DNA of 64,000 nt from Vulcanimicrobiota bacterium. Its GTDB lineage: Bacteria > Vulcanimicrobiota > Xenobia > Xenobiales > JADMJV01. The notes under the pieces were generated by a model that saw only the letters and a list, made by a program, of their open reading frames with translations, had not been told where the DNA came from and did no database searches. Location: contig JBFWNU010000001.1 in the NCBI GenBank assembly GCA_050250895.1, positions 1,288,008 to 1,352,007 of the forward strand, given 5' to 3'. Numbering within the stretch: position 1 is the stretch's first letter; every line of letters starts with the position of its first letter. A program made the position numbers and the translations under genes. Below are positions 28,441 to 39,346 of the stretch, piece after piece.

Positions 28441-30282
28441 CTACCTCTTCCTCATCGCTTTGTAACAATAGTAGATTAGGGGCACTATACCCACCCTGGG
28501 ACTGAAATACTCCAGCATGAAGGCACGGCCGGCCTGACCCAGGTCGGTGCGCAGCTCTGGGTCGACTATCAGCTCTTCCAGGCAGGCTTCGAGTCCCGCG
28601 AGATCGGTCGAACGCCACGGAAAGGTAACTCCCATTCCCCAATACTCCCGATGCCGATTTCGGTTGAACTGGTCAAATGCCTGCACCATCGGGCGACACA
28701 GATACATCGCTTCGTCACCGGACAGGCCGTGGTAGCCCCGGAGCTGGTTAAACGTGATATCGGTTTGCTGGCGGATTCGCAAGATCTCGCTGTGAGGACG
28801 TCCCCCCACCTGCCAGAATTCGACCTGGTCCTGGTGGCGGGCCTTGAGCGCCCTGGCGGCGGCCAGGTAGGCCTCGGTGTCCTTGTGGTAGTAGTAGCGG
28901 CATAGCTGCCGGTGGGGCAGACTGGGCGTTTGCAGAACCCTCACGACGCCGTCGGTTTGCGAGAGAGGCGGTTCGAGTTCGACCTGATCCAGGGTGGCCG
29001 GCGGAAAACCCGCATAGAAGTCGGCTTCAGGGTACATCCGCATGATATGGGGCAGCGGGGTCAGGATCTGGCGGCCCGGTCGGCGCAATTCTGCGCTCAT
29101 GGTATGGACTCGATAGCCGATGTAGAGATGCACCACCGCTTTACCCTCGACGAAGGGACGAAGGTCGAGTGGCCAGGCCGGCCGGGTTTCGTCATCATCC
29201 TCGAAAAAGACGAAGCAATCCGCTTCTTCCAGGATCTTCACCAGCTCGGGGCCGGGAGGGCCGCTGTCGAGAAAGTGAGCGCCGCAATCCTGGTCGGGAT
29301 AACTGACGAACGGATGGCGTTGGGTGCACAGTGACCACGCCTGGTGGGGAGTGTAACGGTTGATGGTGTAGGCGTGGTTGAGCACCGAGGCGGCGATGTT
29401 TTGCGAGTCGGCCAGCACGATTTTCAAGCGAACAGCGTCAGGAATGGCGAAGCGGTCCAGCCAATGTTTGCGTGCAAAGCCTTTGCGCGCACAAAAGAGG
29501 GGGCGCCGACCGTCGGGGGCCTCGGGGGGGCCGTCGCCGGCCGCTCCGGCTCGAGGATGCAGGATCTCGACCTCCCAGTCGGGCCCCAGCAAATCGGCCA
29601 GATCGGTGTCGGCGGGGCCTCGGGCGAACTCGTTGTCATAGTCGCGATAGCGGAAGGTCTGGCTAGCCCCCTCGAGGGGAAGATTGACCGGCTCGATACA
29701 GATGGCCCGGCCAGTTTGCTGAAGCTGGCTCAAGAGTTCCGGTTGATAGCTCAGTCCGAAGAGCGAGAGGGTGGTGTCGCCGCCAGCGACCTGCAGATGT
29801 CGGCGCACCTGGTCGGGCGCCGCTAGCAGCTGGCAATCGGCAGGAGGCTCGAAATCGCCCAATACCTCGAGGGGATCGTGGCGCGGCCGTTCCATGGGCT
29901 GAGCGGGGGTGGCTTGCAGCTGACGCCAGGCCGACTCGGGTTCTGAAGCCTGGGCCGGTCCGAGCACGCCAATGCCCTCTCGCTGGCAGAATTCCTTCAG
30001 TGGCTGGTCCTCCTGACCGAGCACGACCCAATCCGGACGCTCTTCGAGCAAAGCCCGGCGAGTAGCCCGAGCAAACCATTCGTCATCGGGTGGCGTCGGC
30101 GCGGTCTGGCGCGAGAACTCTCGATAGTAGCGCACGATGAAAGGATTGTCGTCTAGCCGCCATTCGCCTTCGGTCTCGATGAGCGACATGCCGTCGCAGA
30201 GTCGGTGATAGTACAGGTATCGAGTGAGCGGCACCAGGGGGGCCAGCTGGTCGGCCGTGCGGCTGATGGTCATCACTTTCAA
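28441..30282 (-). CDS. Hypothetical protein with C-terminal GT-B-like glycosyltransferase region
   Basis: DITFNQL..HGLSGDEAMY..LEELIVDPELRTDLGQAGRAFM; first gene of the sugar cluster. Confidence 0.55.
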   Translation of the reverse strand: MKVMTISRTADQLAPLVPLTRYLYYHRLCDGMSLIETEGEWRLDDNPFIVRYYREFSRQTAPTPPDDEWFARATRRALLEERPDWVVLGQEDQPLKEFCQREGIGVLGPAQASEPESAWRQLQATPAQPMERPRHDPLEVLGDFEPPADCQLLAAPDQVRRHLQVAGGDTTLSLFGLSYQPELLSQLQQTGRAICIEPVNLPLEGASQTFRYRDYDNEFARGPADTDLADLLGPDWEVEILHPRAGAAGDGPPEAPDGRRPLFCARKGFARKHWLDRFAIPDAVRLKIVLADSQNIAASVLNHAYTINRYTPHQAWSLCTQRHPFVSYPDQDCGAHFLDSGPPGPELVKILEEADCFVFFEDDDETRPAWPLDLRPFVEGKAVVHLYIGYRVHTMSAELRRPGRQILTPLPHIMRMYPEADFYAGFPPATLDQVELEPPLSQTDGVVRVLQTPSLPHRQLCRYYYHKDTEAYLAAARALKARHQDQVEFWQVGGRPHSEILRIRQQTDITFNQLRGYHGLSGDEAMYLCRPMVQAFDQFNRNRHREYWGMGVTFPWRSTDLAGLEACLEELIVDPELRTDLGQAGRAFMLEYFSPRVGIVPLIYYCYKAMRKR

Positions 30283-30365
30283 GGCGCACCGACTTTCAAG
30301 AACGGGCAGGGGCTTTCCCTTTTCTCGACAGGAAACCGGCTGCTTGTCTGGTTAAATCACTAAGG

Positions 30366-31136
30366 GTGAATATAGTTCAAGAATTTCCCGCCCTTCGCGC
30401 TCCCTTGAGCCGCGCGCTGGTGGCCTCGGGCCGGGCCCTCGATGACCAGCTCTGGCAGGACGAGGCCTTCACTGACCTCTTCACCCGCGAAGTCTATCGC
30501 GAAGCGAATCTGCCGGAACTGGTGCGCACCGAGGTCTACTCGAGCTTTATCGGCCCCGGTCCCGGCGGGGTCTTAGCGGCCGGCTGGCTGGCCGAAAAGG
30601 AGTTGCTGGATCAGGAGTTGATCGAAGAGTTCCTCTTTTGTCTGCCGCTAGGTCCCTACGTGGCGGGAGCCCTGGACCCTCTCGAGGCGCTCGAGGCCGC
30701 CGAGGGGTTGTTCGAAGGGGGCTGGGTTCGCCAACGGCCTTTACTGGTGGCCCATCTGCTGAGTTCGCGAGCGCTCCAGGACCGTTCACGCCAGGCTCTG
30801 CTTCATCGTGTCTACAGGGCTCCCTGGGCCGGTCGCGAGTTGCGCCAGACCCTGACCGACTGGGCCCTATTCTGCCAATCGGATCAACTCGAGGGCTTTC
30901 CGGCTCCCCATTCCGCTCTCTTCTCGCCGGCTCTGGTGGGTAGCGTGATGTTGGGGCGTCCCTTGAACGAGGTGGTGAGGGTGGCCGAATCGCGGCCGGT
31001 GCTGTGCAAGTCGACGCTAGAACGTCTGGTGGAGTGGCTCGACGGTGGTCGGACCACGGGGGGTCCCCGTCTGAGTCGCCGCGCACGGACTTTCCTCAAG
31101 CCCAGGCGGAGCGAAGCCCGGCGTCAGGTGGGCTAG
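30366..31136 (+). CDS. Hypothetical protein
   Basis: 256-aa helical ORF with GTG start, divergent from the sugar cluster. Confidence 0.55.
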   Translation: MNIVQEFPALRAPLSRALVASGRALDDQLWQDEAFTDLFTREVYREANLPELVRTEVYSSFIGPGPGGVLAAGWLAEKELLDQELIEEFLFCLPLGPYVAGALDPLEALEAAEGLFEGGWVRQRPLLVAHLLSSRALQDRSRQALLHRVYRAPWAGRELRQTLTDWALFCQSDQLEGFPAPHSALFSPALVGSVMLGRPLNEVVRVAESRPVLCKSTLERLVEWLDGGRTTGGPRLSRRARTFLKPRRSEARRQVG

Positions 31137-31627
31137 CTGCCGTAGGCTTTCGAGAAGCGCACTCGCTGACACAGGCTCATTTGAAAGAGCTGGTTCATGG
31201 CGTTGCTGCTCGAGGAGTTGCTGTTGCAGTCGGGCAAGGGTTCTTCCACCGGCTTGGGCACGAAGGCGGGCACGCCGCGGGCGGCGATGGTGGTGTTTTC
31301 GATGCGGGTTCCGTCGACGGGGATGGGCATACGACCCACCACGGTCTGGCGAACTTGGAGCGAGAAGATTGCGTTTTCGTCGACGTTGGAGCTCTGAGGC
31401 TCCTGGTAGCGACGGGCTCGGTCGGGGTCATCAAAGCCCTCGAGCCAGAAGATTTCCAGGTCGTCGGCCAGTTCCATGAGGCTGCGCAGCGAGGCCCAAT
31501 TGCGTTTGGGTTTGCTGTCTGCTTCTTCCTGTTCGGCCTCGACGGGTTGGCGCCGCCGTCCACGTCCATAGCCGCCACCGGGGCTTCCTGACCCGTCCTG
31601 TCCGACTCTGAGTGTTCTGGCTTGCAT
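31133..31627 (-). CDS. Hypothetical protein
   Basis: GAGAGGA RBS before ATG 31627. Confidence 0.5.
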   Translation of the reverse strand: MQARTLRVGQDGSGSPGGGYGRGRRRQPVEAEQEEADSKPKRNWASLRSLMELADDLEIFWLEGFDDPDRARRYQEPQSSNVDENAIFSLQVRQTVVGRMPIPVDGTRIENTTIAARGVPAFVPKPVEEPLPDCNSNSSSSNAMNQLFQMSLCQRVRFSKAYGS

Positions 31628-31692
31628 CCTGGTTGTTCCTCTCCTGAGCATAGAGTAGAGGAACTGGCTGAAATATCGCTGAAAGCTGGGCC

Positions 31693-32520
31693 ATGTCGGA
31701 TACGGTCGAACTGGAACTCGAGCGGCAGGTGCTGCGGGCCGGCGAGAAGGTCCAAGGGGTGCTGCTGGTCCACGGCATCCCTCACTACGAGTGGATCAAG
31801 GTCGAGCTCCACGGTGAAGAGGTGTTGGGAGCCAATAGCACTGCCTTCTCGGTGGTCTACCCGGTGGTCGAGAAAGGGCTGCGGTTGGCCGAGAAAGGCG
31901 AGGCCCTGAGCGAGCAGCGCTTTCCCATCGAGTTCGAGCTGCCCGACGATTGCCCGCCCTCGTACGCCAGCCGCGAGTTACGCTGTCACTACTTCTTGAA
32001 GATCCAGGTCCGCCGCGGCGGTTGGCATCGTGATGTGGTCAAGCGCGTCCCGCTGACGTTGCTACCCGCTGAAGCCTTGATGGCTTCGACCACCCCCCGG
32101 GAGTTATTGATTCAGGAAGGCTCCCTATCGCTCACGGTCCGCCTGGACTTTGCGGGTCTGATGACCGGCGAGTCGCTGACCGGTTCGCTGGTCCTGGACC
32201 AGACGGAGGAAGGGGTGGCCTTGCCCAACAAGCTGACCTTTCGGTTTGCGGCCATCGAAGAATCGACTTCGAGGGCATTTTCCCATCGCGAGGTGCTTTG
32301 GTTGGTGACCCACGATGTGGAGCCCGACGACGACGCCACCCTGCCCCTGACCGGCGTCTTCGAGTTTCCGGTGGCTGAAGATGCGCCGTTCTCCGGCACC
32401 TGGAACGGCTTTCGCCTCCATTACGGCTTTCGCGTCGGTATGTTCCTGGCCAACGGCAAGGACGTGCGCGAATCGCTGCCCATCCGAGTTTACCGTCGCT
32501 ACACGCCCATCCCTAGCTAG
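31693..32520 (+). CDS. Arrestin/Spo0M-fold protein, two domains
   Basis: AGEKVQG..FPIEFELPDDCPPSY..HYFLK and TGESLTG..FEFPVAEDAPFS..HYGFRV. Confidence 0.65.
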   Translation: MSDTVELELERQVLRAGEKVQGVLLVHGIPHYEWIKVELHGEEVLGANSTAFSVVYPVVEKGLRLAEKGEALSEQRFPIEFELPDDCPPSYASRELRCHYFLKIQVRRGGWHRDVVKRVPLTLLPAEALMASTTPRELLIQEGSLSLTVRLDFAGLMTGESLTGSLVLDQTEEGVALPNKLTFRFAAIEESTSRAFSHREVLWLVTHDVEPDDDATLPLTGVFEFPVAEDAPFSGTWNGFRLHYGFRVGMFLANGKDVRESLPIRVYRRYTPIPS

Positions 32521-32541
32521 GGGAGCCGCCTTCGCGTCGAG

Positions 32542-35055
32542 CTAGCGGGCTAGAAGAACGGTGATGGCGTTGCCCAGGATGTTCATCACCGCCAGGTCGG
32601 TGGCTCCGTCGTGGTTGAAGTCGCCCCTGACGGCCGAGCCGGTCGCGCCGCCAGCATAGAAGAATCGAGGGGAATCAAAAGTCCCGTCGCCTTTCCCCAC
32701 CAGGACCCCAACTCCCGGGATGTTCGTGGTGATGCCGGTGTAGGTGCAGGTCAGGTCAGGCAGGCCGTCACCGTTCACGTCGTCGGTCAACACCTCCAGC
32801 ACCCCGTCGCCGACGGGGGTTATCGCGGGTGTCCCGAAGGTGCCGTCACCACGACCGGGCAAGACGGTGACGGTGCCGCTGACAAACTGTGTCACCACCA
32901 GGTCCGGGTGGCCGTCTTGAGTGAAGTCGTCAGCGGCCACAAAGGCAGAGATCGAACCGCCCGCGGGGTCTGGAACGTCGATGGTCTGAGGGGGTTGGAA
33001 GGTCCCATCGCCCTGGCCCAGATGGATGGTGACCTTTTCTTGGAGGCTGACGGTGACGACATCGAGCTGTCGGTCGCGGTTAAGGTCGGTGGCCACCAGG
33101 CCGCTCACGGGTAGGCCGGTGTCGAACGGGGTTGGGCTCCCGAAGGTGCCGTCTCCCATTCCGGGAAGCAGCTGGAAGCTGTTGCCTGCGGCCAAAGCCA
33201 GGTCGAGGTGTTGATCACCGTTGAAGTCGCCGACCACCACCGGACCGGCCGGTCCAGAAAAGATGGTCTGGGGCGGTTGGAAGGAGCCGTCGCCATTGCC
33301 GAGCAGCAAAGCGGCCAGGCCGCCTCCCGCGACTACCAGATCCGGTCTTCTGTCCTCGTTGAGGTCTTCAACGGCCAGAGCGAAGGGCGAACCGGGGACA
33401 TCGACGCTCTGGGCGGGCAGAAAGGTGCCGTCGGCCAGTCCGCGCGCGATACTGACATCGCCCGAGGTCAAGTTGGCCGTCATCAGGTCTAGATTGCCGT
33501 CGTTGTCGAGGTCGGCAGTTCGCAGCGCCCGCGGCTGGACGCCCACCATCTGGGGCGTCCCCGGCATTTGAAAGGTGCCATCCCCCTGGCCCAGAGCCAC
33601 GAAGACGGAGCTGCCTTCAATCTGGGCGGACACGATGTCCAGGCGAGAGTCACCGTTGACATCGGCGAATTCGGCGTAGTTCGGCAGGAAGGCGCTGGCG
33701 ACTCGATACTGGGGGTCGAAGGCTCCTCCGCTGCGACCAAGTAGAATGGAGAAGTCGCTATCGACCGCGTTGGTTACTAACAGGTCGGGCTGCCCGTCGC
33801 CGTTGAGGTCGTTCACCGATACCGAATAGGGAGTTTCGCCAACCGGGTAGGTTTGGGGCATGGCAAAACCCGTGGACCCAAGGGTGAGATAGACCGAGAT
33901 GGTGTTGTCCAACCCGTTGACCGCCACCAGATCGGCCCGTTGGTCGTGGTTGAAGTCCGCGCTACCTAAGAACCAGGGGCTATCGCCAGCAGCCAGGCCC
34001 GAGCCGGCCACGAACGTCCCGTCACCCACCCCCAGCAGAATCGAAAGATTGTCGTCATTGGAGTTCGCGCTCACCAGGTCGAGCTTCTGGTCACCATTCG
34101 TGTCGATGGCTAGAATGTCAACGGGTCCGCTGCCCAGCGAGTAGTTGACCGCCGGCAGGAAAGAACCGTTTCCGAGGCCGAGAACAACGGAAGCGTTATG
34201 GCTGCTGAAGTTGGCCGTGACCAGATCGAGATTGGTGTCTCCGTTAAGATCGGCCACTTTGATGGCTAACGCCCCGGTGGCACCCGAGAGCGACAAAGCT
34301 TGGGCGGGCTGAAAGGTCCCGTCGCCTTTGCCAAGCACAATCGACAGGTCGTCACGATTGGCGGTGGCCAGATCGACATGCTCATCCTGGTTGAAATCCC
34401 CAGTCGTGATCCAGTAGGGTCCGGTCCCGACCTCGAGCACGAAGGGCCGGTCATAGGTGCCGTCCCCGTGGCCCAGGCCCACATAAATCCGTCCTGGAGC
34501 GCCAAAGCTAGCCGCCAGAGAATCGCTAAACACGAGGTCGGGCTTGGCGTCCTCATTGAAGTCGGCGATGGCAAAGGAGGACGGGAAGACTCCCCCGGGC
34601 AGAAAGCTCGGAGCGTCAAAGTCGGGAAGCGTGTTTTGGAAGGCCGGGTTGGAGATCGTGGTGATTTCTCCCACCGCCACCGAGACCGCCGGCTGGCGAT
34701 AGGTGCCCAGCACGGTCGACGAGTCGCTGAGATAGAGAATCTCCAGGTCGTAGGTCCCGGCGGGTACCTCGGCTATCTCCAGTTGTTGATCGCTGCCGAG
34801 GTCCGAGCGGGTGAATTCCCGGCTGATGACGACCTGGCCATTCTGGCGCAGATTCACCACAAACCGACGAACGTCACTCTTGACGGCCCGGTTGTTGAGC
34901 AGTGCCAGCACTACGTTCAGCGAGCCAAGCGCGGTCGGTGGGCCTGCGCTCGTGGAGCCACCACCGCTGGTGGAAGCCCCCGAGCCCCCTCCAGTGCAAC
35001 CCGCCAGCAGAAGCAGTAACAACAGACCCAGCCCTAGACCGACTTTGATTCGCAT
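32542..35055 (-). CDS. FG-GAP/VCBS-repeat lipoprotein
   Basis: Lipobox LLAGC; many DxNxDxxxDL..LGxGDGTF repeats. Confidence 0.9.
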   Translation of the reverse strand: MRIKVGLGLGLLLLLLLAGCTGGGSGASTSGGGSTSAGPPTALGSLNVVLALLNNRAVKSDVRRFVVNLRQNGQVVISREFTRSDLGSDQQLEIAEVPAGTYDLEILYLSDSSTVLGTYRQPAVSVAVGEITTISNPAFQNTLPDFDAPSFLPGGVFPSSFAIADFNEDAKPDLVFSDSLAASFGAPGRIYVGLGHGDGTYDRPFVLEVGTGPYWITTGDFNQDEHVDLATANRDDLSIVLGKGDGTFQPAQALSLSGATGALAIKVADLNGDTNLDLVTANFSSHNASVVLGLGNGSFLPAVNYSLGSGPVDILAIDTNGDQKLDLVSANSNDDNLSILLGVGDGTFVAGSGLAAGDSPWFLGSADFNHDQRADLVAVNGLDNTISVYLTLGSTGFAMPQTYPVGETPYSVSVNDLNGDGQPDLLVTNAVDSDFSILLGRSGGAFDPQYRVASAFLPNYAEFADVNGDSRLDIVSAQIEGSSVFVALGQGDGTFQMPGTPQMVGVQPRALRTADLDNDGNLDLMTANLTSGDVSIARGLADGTFLPAQSVDVPGSPFALAVEDLNEDRRPDLVVAGGGLAALLLGNGDGSFQPPQTIFSGPAGPVVVGDFNGDQHLDLALAAGNSFQLLPGMGDGTFGSPTPFDTGLPVSGLVATDLNRDRQLDVVTVSLQEKVTIHLGQGDGTFQPPQTIDVPDPAGGSISAFVAADDFTQDGHPDLVVTQFVSGTVTVLPGRGDGTFGTPAITPVGDGVLEVLTDDVNGDGLPDLTCTYTGITTNIPGVGVLVGKGDGTFDSPRFFYAGGATGSAVRGDFNHDGATDLAVMNILGNAITVLLAR

Positions 35056-35254
35056 AACCGGGTTCGTTCGTCGGCTGAAACTCGACCCCTGGATACATCT
35101 CAAATGTGTCGAGATTGTACCAACGGGTGCTAACACAACTCTAACGCTACTCTTGTTTGGAATTTCCTTGCTGGGGGGTAGGATGCCATTGGCGCGTTGA
35201 GGCGACGGCTAGGTCCGTATCGGCGTCACTGATAGAAAAATTCGGAGGTTTAAC

Positions 35255-35557
35255 ATGGCAACGAAGACACTCACTTTGAAGCCGATGGCCGACCGCATCG
35301 TGGTCGAGCCAATTCCCAGCGAAGAGAAGAGCGCTGGTGGCATCATCCTTCCTGACACCGCTCAGGAAAAACCCATGACTGCAAAGGTTCTGGCCGTTGG
35401 CCCGGGCCGCATGCTCGACAACGGAAAGCTCGAGCCGATGGAAGTCAAAGTGGGCGAGACCGTGCTGTACGGCAAGTACTCGGGCACGGAAGTGAAGATC
35501 GACGGCAACAAGCTCGTCATTCTTCAGCAACGCGACATCCTCGGAATTTTCAACTAA
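35255..35557 (+). CDS. groES: Co-chaperonin GroES
   Basis: [33 protein letters not shown]. Confidence 0.97.
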   Translation: MATKTLTLKPMADRIVVEPIPSEEKSAGGIILPDTAQEKPMTAKVLAVGPGRMLDNGKLEPMEVKVGETVLYGKYSGTEVKIDGNKLVILQQRDILGIFN

Positions 35558-35582
35558 AAACAAACAAGGAGAATTAGAGTAA

Positions 35583-37238
<1,656 letters not shown>

Positions 37239-37255
37239 TCTAGCCCTCTCCCAGG

Positions 37256-37284
37256 AAAGCCCCGGGTTATCCCGGGGCTTTTTT
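37256..37284 (+). terminator. Intrinsic terminator after groEL
   Basis: AAAGCCCCGGG-TTAT-CCCGGGGCTTT followed by T run. Confidence 0.85.
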
Positions 37285-37508
37285 CATGCCGGAAGGCGGG
37301 CTTTTAGCTGGTGGCCTGAGGCATCGTCTCGATGAGTTCGCTCAGCCTGGCTCGGTCGACCGCACCGATGACCAGTAAGGTGGCCACGAAGTTGCGATCT
37401 TTGGGACGTCCGGATGGACTCTGCTATTGTTGGACCTCGAGGGGTGACCCCCTGCCGACTTTGGCGACCCGGCAGGAAGGCGGGGGCGGCGTGGCTTAGT
37501 TGGCACTC

Positions 37509-38345
37509 ATGCGGAAGTTGTTGATTGTGCTGTTGCTCCTGGCTGCGGGTTGTGGCTCGCGCGAGGTGAAGACGACGGTGGATAACCGTGGTGATGATGC
37601 TCAGCGTCTGGTCGAGGCTCAAGTCGTGCCTCGGCTGGAGCAGCTGGAAGACCGCCTGAGTGTGCGCCCCGAGCGCCATTGGGCTTCGCTCCCGTACGGC
37701 GAGAGCGAACTGCTGGTCTCGCTCGAATTAGCCCACGAGGGAACGACCGTCCGGGGCGAATGGCGGGTTGCCGGTGAGCAGGTAACTCCCTCGAATCGTT
37801 TTGCCAAGGACCTCGAGAAGCTGCCGGCCGAGCCCAGTCACTATGACCTGATGGTGCTGGTGCCCGAGCCGTGGCTGCCTCGCCAGCCGGTGGCCAGTGT
37901 GCCCGAACAGGCCCCCGAGGCGGTGGCGGTGGCCACCCAGCCGGCCCCGCCGGCCCAACCCAGTCAGCCTGCGCCGCCAGCGCCGCCGGCTCCCAAGCCG
38001 CCTGCCCCCCCGAAGCCGCAACTGGTGGGAGTCATTTCGGGCGATGTCCAGACGGCCATGATTACCCTTGACGGCCGCAACCTGACCATCAAGCCGGGCG
38101 AGACGGTGGGTGGGGTGACCTTGCACTCGGTGGCTCCCCAGAAGGCCGTGATCAGCTACCGCGGCGAGCGACGCGAGCTCGAGTTGTCGATGCCGTTGAA
38201 AGCCCAGATGCGCCTGCCTGAGCCTGTTCCACCGGCCAAAACCGACAGTGGTGACTCGGAAGTGATCCATCTCGATAATCGCGACCTGGACAACGAGAAG
38301 CCCGTAGAGTTGCCGGGCGGCTGGCGCAAGTTCGAGAACCACTGA
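37509..38345 (+). CDS. Hypothetical lipoprotein with Pro-rich linker and PilP/GspC-like C-terminal beta domain
   Basis: Lipobox AAGC; PQLVGVISG..AMI..IKPGETVGGVTL. Confidence 0.55.
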   Translation: MRKLLIVLLLLAAGCGSREVKTTVDNRGDDAQRLVEAQVVPRLEQLEDRLSVRPERHWASLPYGESELLVSLELAHEGTTVRGEWRVAGEQVTPSNRFAKDLEKLPAEPSHYDLMVLVPEPWLPRQPVASVPEQAPEAVAVATQPAPPAQPSQPAPPAPPAPKPPAPPKPQLVGVISGDVQTAMITLDGRNLTIKPGETVGGVTLHSVAPQKAVISYRGERRELELSMPLKAQMRLPEPVPPAKTDSGDSEVIHLDNRDLDNEKPVELPGGWRKFENH

Positions 38346-38500
38346 GGGGAGCCCCGGCTTTCGCCGAGGGGGAAGCCTCGCTTTGCTCGGAGAGGGAGCC
38401 CGGCTGCGCCGGGAGATAGGAGCGAAGCTAGCTTTGCTCGCTTCGAGATTTCTAGATAGTCGACGCTGCGCGTCGTAACTCGGGCGCGGCTAGCCGCGTA
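38346..38500. repeat. Array of short GC-rich palindromes (REP/BIME-like) between convergent genes
   Basis: At least five hairpins, three preceded by GGAG. Confidence 0.55.
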
Positions 38501-38511
38501 GGTCGAAAACG

Positions 38512-38907
38512 CTAGTGTTCGCAGCAGTCGCCGCGTTGGATACGGCAGGCGCGCCAGTTGGCGGCGTGAGAGAAGCAGAGCAGGGCGGCGCCGGCCAGGG
38601 TCAGGGGCTGTTCCATCGTGTGAAGCAGAAGTCCGCAGGCCAAAAAGAGCAAGCCGAGGCCACCGCACAGCGCGATTTCTAAGCGGCGGTGTTTGCGATA
38701 GGCCGGGATCAGGGCCAGCCCGGCCAGGGGAAGAGCCAAACCTAGCAAAATCGAGTGAATACCATCGTGCTCGATGTGGATGGCCCCGAAGGCGGGCAGC
38801 AAAGACAGCAGAGGTAAGAGTCCGCAGTGAATCAAGCAGGCTCCGGATGCCAGCATCCCGAGCTTGTCCCACAGGGTGATCTGTTCTTGTTGTTGCTCCG
38901 CGTTCAT
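38512..38907 (-). CDS. MerC-domain membrane protein
   Basis: WDKLGMLASGACLIHCGLLP, YRKHR, H..NWR, C-terminal CCEH. Confidence 0.85.
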   Translation of the reverse strand: MNAEQQQEQITLWDKLGMLASGACLIHCGLLPLLSLLPAFGAIHIEHDGIHSILLGLALPLAGLALIPAYRKHRRLEIALCGGLGLLFLACGLLLHTMEQPLTLAGAALLCFSHAANWRACRIQRGDCCEH

Positions 38908-38913
38908 CGGTAG

Positions 38914-38929
38914 TGAGAATACATTCTCA
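38914..38929. promoter_or_regulatory. Palindromic operator TGAGAAT-AC-ATTCTCA, Fur/Zur-like
   Basis: Perfect 7-bp arms immediately upstream of the MerC-domain gene start. Confidence 0.55.
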
Positions 38930-38989
38930 AAAGCTAAAAGTCAAGGTTCCTTCGCACCATGAACCACGAATCCTTTTGAGCGGCCCAGT

Positions 38990-39346
38990 CTAGGGGCCGG
39001 GCCATTGGTAGGTGGCCAGCTCGCAGGTGCCATCGAGGCCGAACTCGATGCCTTCCATTTCCAGCAGCCGCCGCTGGTGGGGCACACTGCTGTGGCGGGC
39101 CCGGTCGCTGATGCCTCCCCGCGCATTGATGACGCGCTGCCAGGGCACCCCCGGCTCGTCCAGGGCCCGCAGGGCGTAGCCGACGGCCCGGGCGGCCCGC
39201 GGCGAGCCCAGCAGGCGGGCCACCTGGCCATAGGTCATCACCCGCCCTCGGGGGATCTGACGTACCAGCGCGTAGACCTGGTGATAGAAGTTGGAAGGAC
39301 CGTTCGCCGCCTGGTCAGAACCGCCAAACGTTATGTCTTCATCCAC
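38990..39346 (-). CDS. Alkyltransferase-like (ATL, MGMT family) protein
   Basis: VRQIPRGRVMTYGQVA..ARAVG..PWQRVIN (Trp in place of catalytic Cys). Confidence 0.88.
   Translation of the reverse strand: MDEDITFGGSDQAANGPSNFYHQVYALVRQIPRGRVMTYGQVARLLGSPRAARAVGYALRALDEPGVPWQRVINARGGISDRARHSSVPHQRRLLEMEGIEFGLDGTCELATYQWPGP

Noticed and set aside
35100-35254. CIRCE element upstream of groES
   Set aside because: Only a half-site-like GGGTGCTAA (35125-35133) is present, with no matching left arm at 9-nt spacing; TTGGCACTC at 37500 likewise lacks a partner
37300-37420. Possible IS5-like transposase C-terminal remnant on the minus strand (PKDRNFVATLLVIGAV)
   Set aside because: Very short, weak resemblance, no terminal repeats
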